Below the pieces are notes generated by a model, which saw only the letters and a list, made by a program, of their open reading frames with translations, did no database searches and was not told where the DNA came from. From assembly GCA_030324005.1 (NCBI GenBank), contig JARDVH010000143.1:20277660-20341659 (forward strand): a stretch of 64,000 bases of DNA, read 5' to 3'. The DNA comes from Negaprion brevirostris (Eukaryota). Position 1 is the first letter of the stretch. The number at the start of each line of letters is the position of its first letter. Positions 63,579-64,000 of the stretch are shown in pieces. The position numbers and the translations under genes are program-made.

Positions 63579-63810
63579 NGGCGTTGGACTGGGGTGGGCA
63601 CAGTAAAAAGTCTCACAACATCAGGTTAAAGTCCAACAGGTTTATTTGGAATCACAAGCTTTCAGAGTACTGCTCCTTCATCAGGTGAGTGAGGAGATGG
63701 TTCACAAACATGGCATGTATAGATAGAGACACAGAGACACAAGTAAATTACCTTTACAGGTAATCAAATCTTTATACGTATAGATAATGTGAATGGAGAG
63801 ATTAGAGAGA
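63579..63810. mobile_element. Penelope-like element end (same family as 36305/32771)
   Basis: ggcgttggactggggtgggcacagtaaaaagtctcacaacatcaggttaaagtccaacaggtttatttgg. Confidence 0.6.
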
Positions 63811-64000
63811 CAGTAAATTGGTATTTTGGCCAAAGCACTTTGCAAAATTCATCAACAATTGATCACATTTCATTAGTTCTTCAGATTCATACTTTTACTC
63901 AATGGTTTGCACTGATGATGCAAACAGTTGATGCTGCTATTGAATCCCCTGTTTGCATTAAAGAACTAAATAACTGTATTGCCTATAAAACAATAGAAAT

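Overview
Eukaryotic, repeat-dense vertebrate DNA, almost certainly from a shark. The dominant repeats are HE1-like tRNA-derived SINEs, CR1/L2 LINEs, Deu-domain SINEs, Penelope-like hairpins and PIF/Harbinger-like elements. The scaffold has many N gaps. The only gene is the 5' part of a class 3 semaphorin on the + strand (SEMA3D-like). It has five coding exons at 12802-12958, 41853-42013, 45032-45091, 47258-47377 and 55492-55585, all with GT-AG introns and a continuous reading frame (signal peptide plus the start of the Sema domain). The gene continues beyond the window. There is no CRISPR array or prokaryote-type system. Most notable features: (i) a ~300-bp TSD-flanked, poly(A)-tailed retroposon in intron 3 that begins with U2 snRNA nt 10-37 and carries further U2 fragments and hairpins; (ii) two local templated insertions close together in intron 1, a ~430-bp inverted copy splitting a SINE and an exact 69-bp copy inside a Penelope-like hairpin; (iii) a decayed tRNA-Asp in the spacer of that inverted repeat; (iv) an ancient Gypsy provirus with both LTRs, ending 1 kb upstream of the semaphorin ATG. 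Repeat boundaries and identities were judged by eye and are approximate. Family names come from recalled consensus sequences, not from searches.
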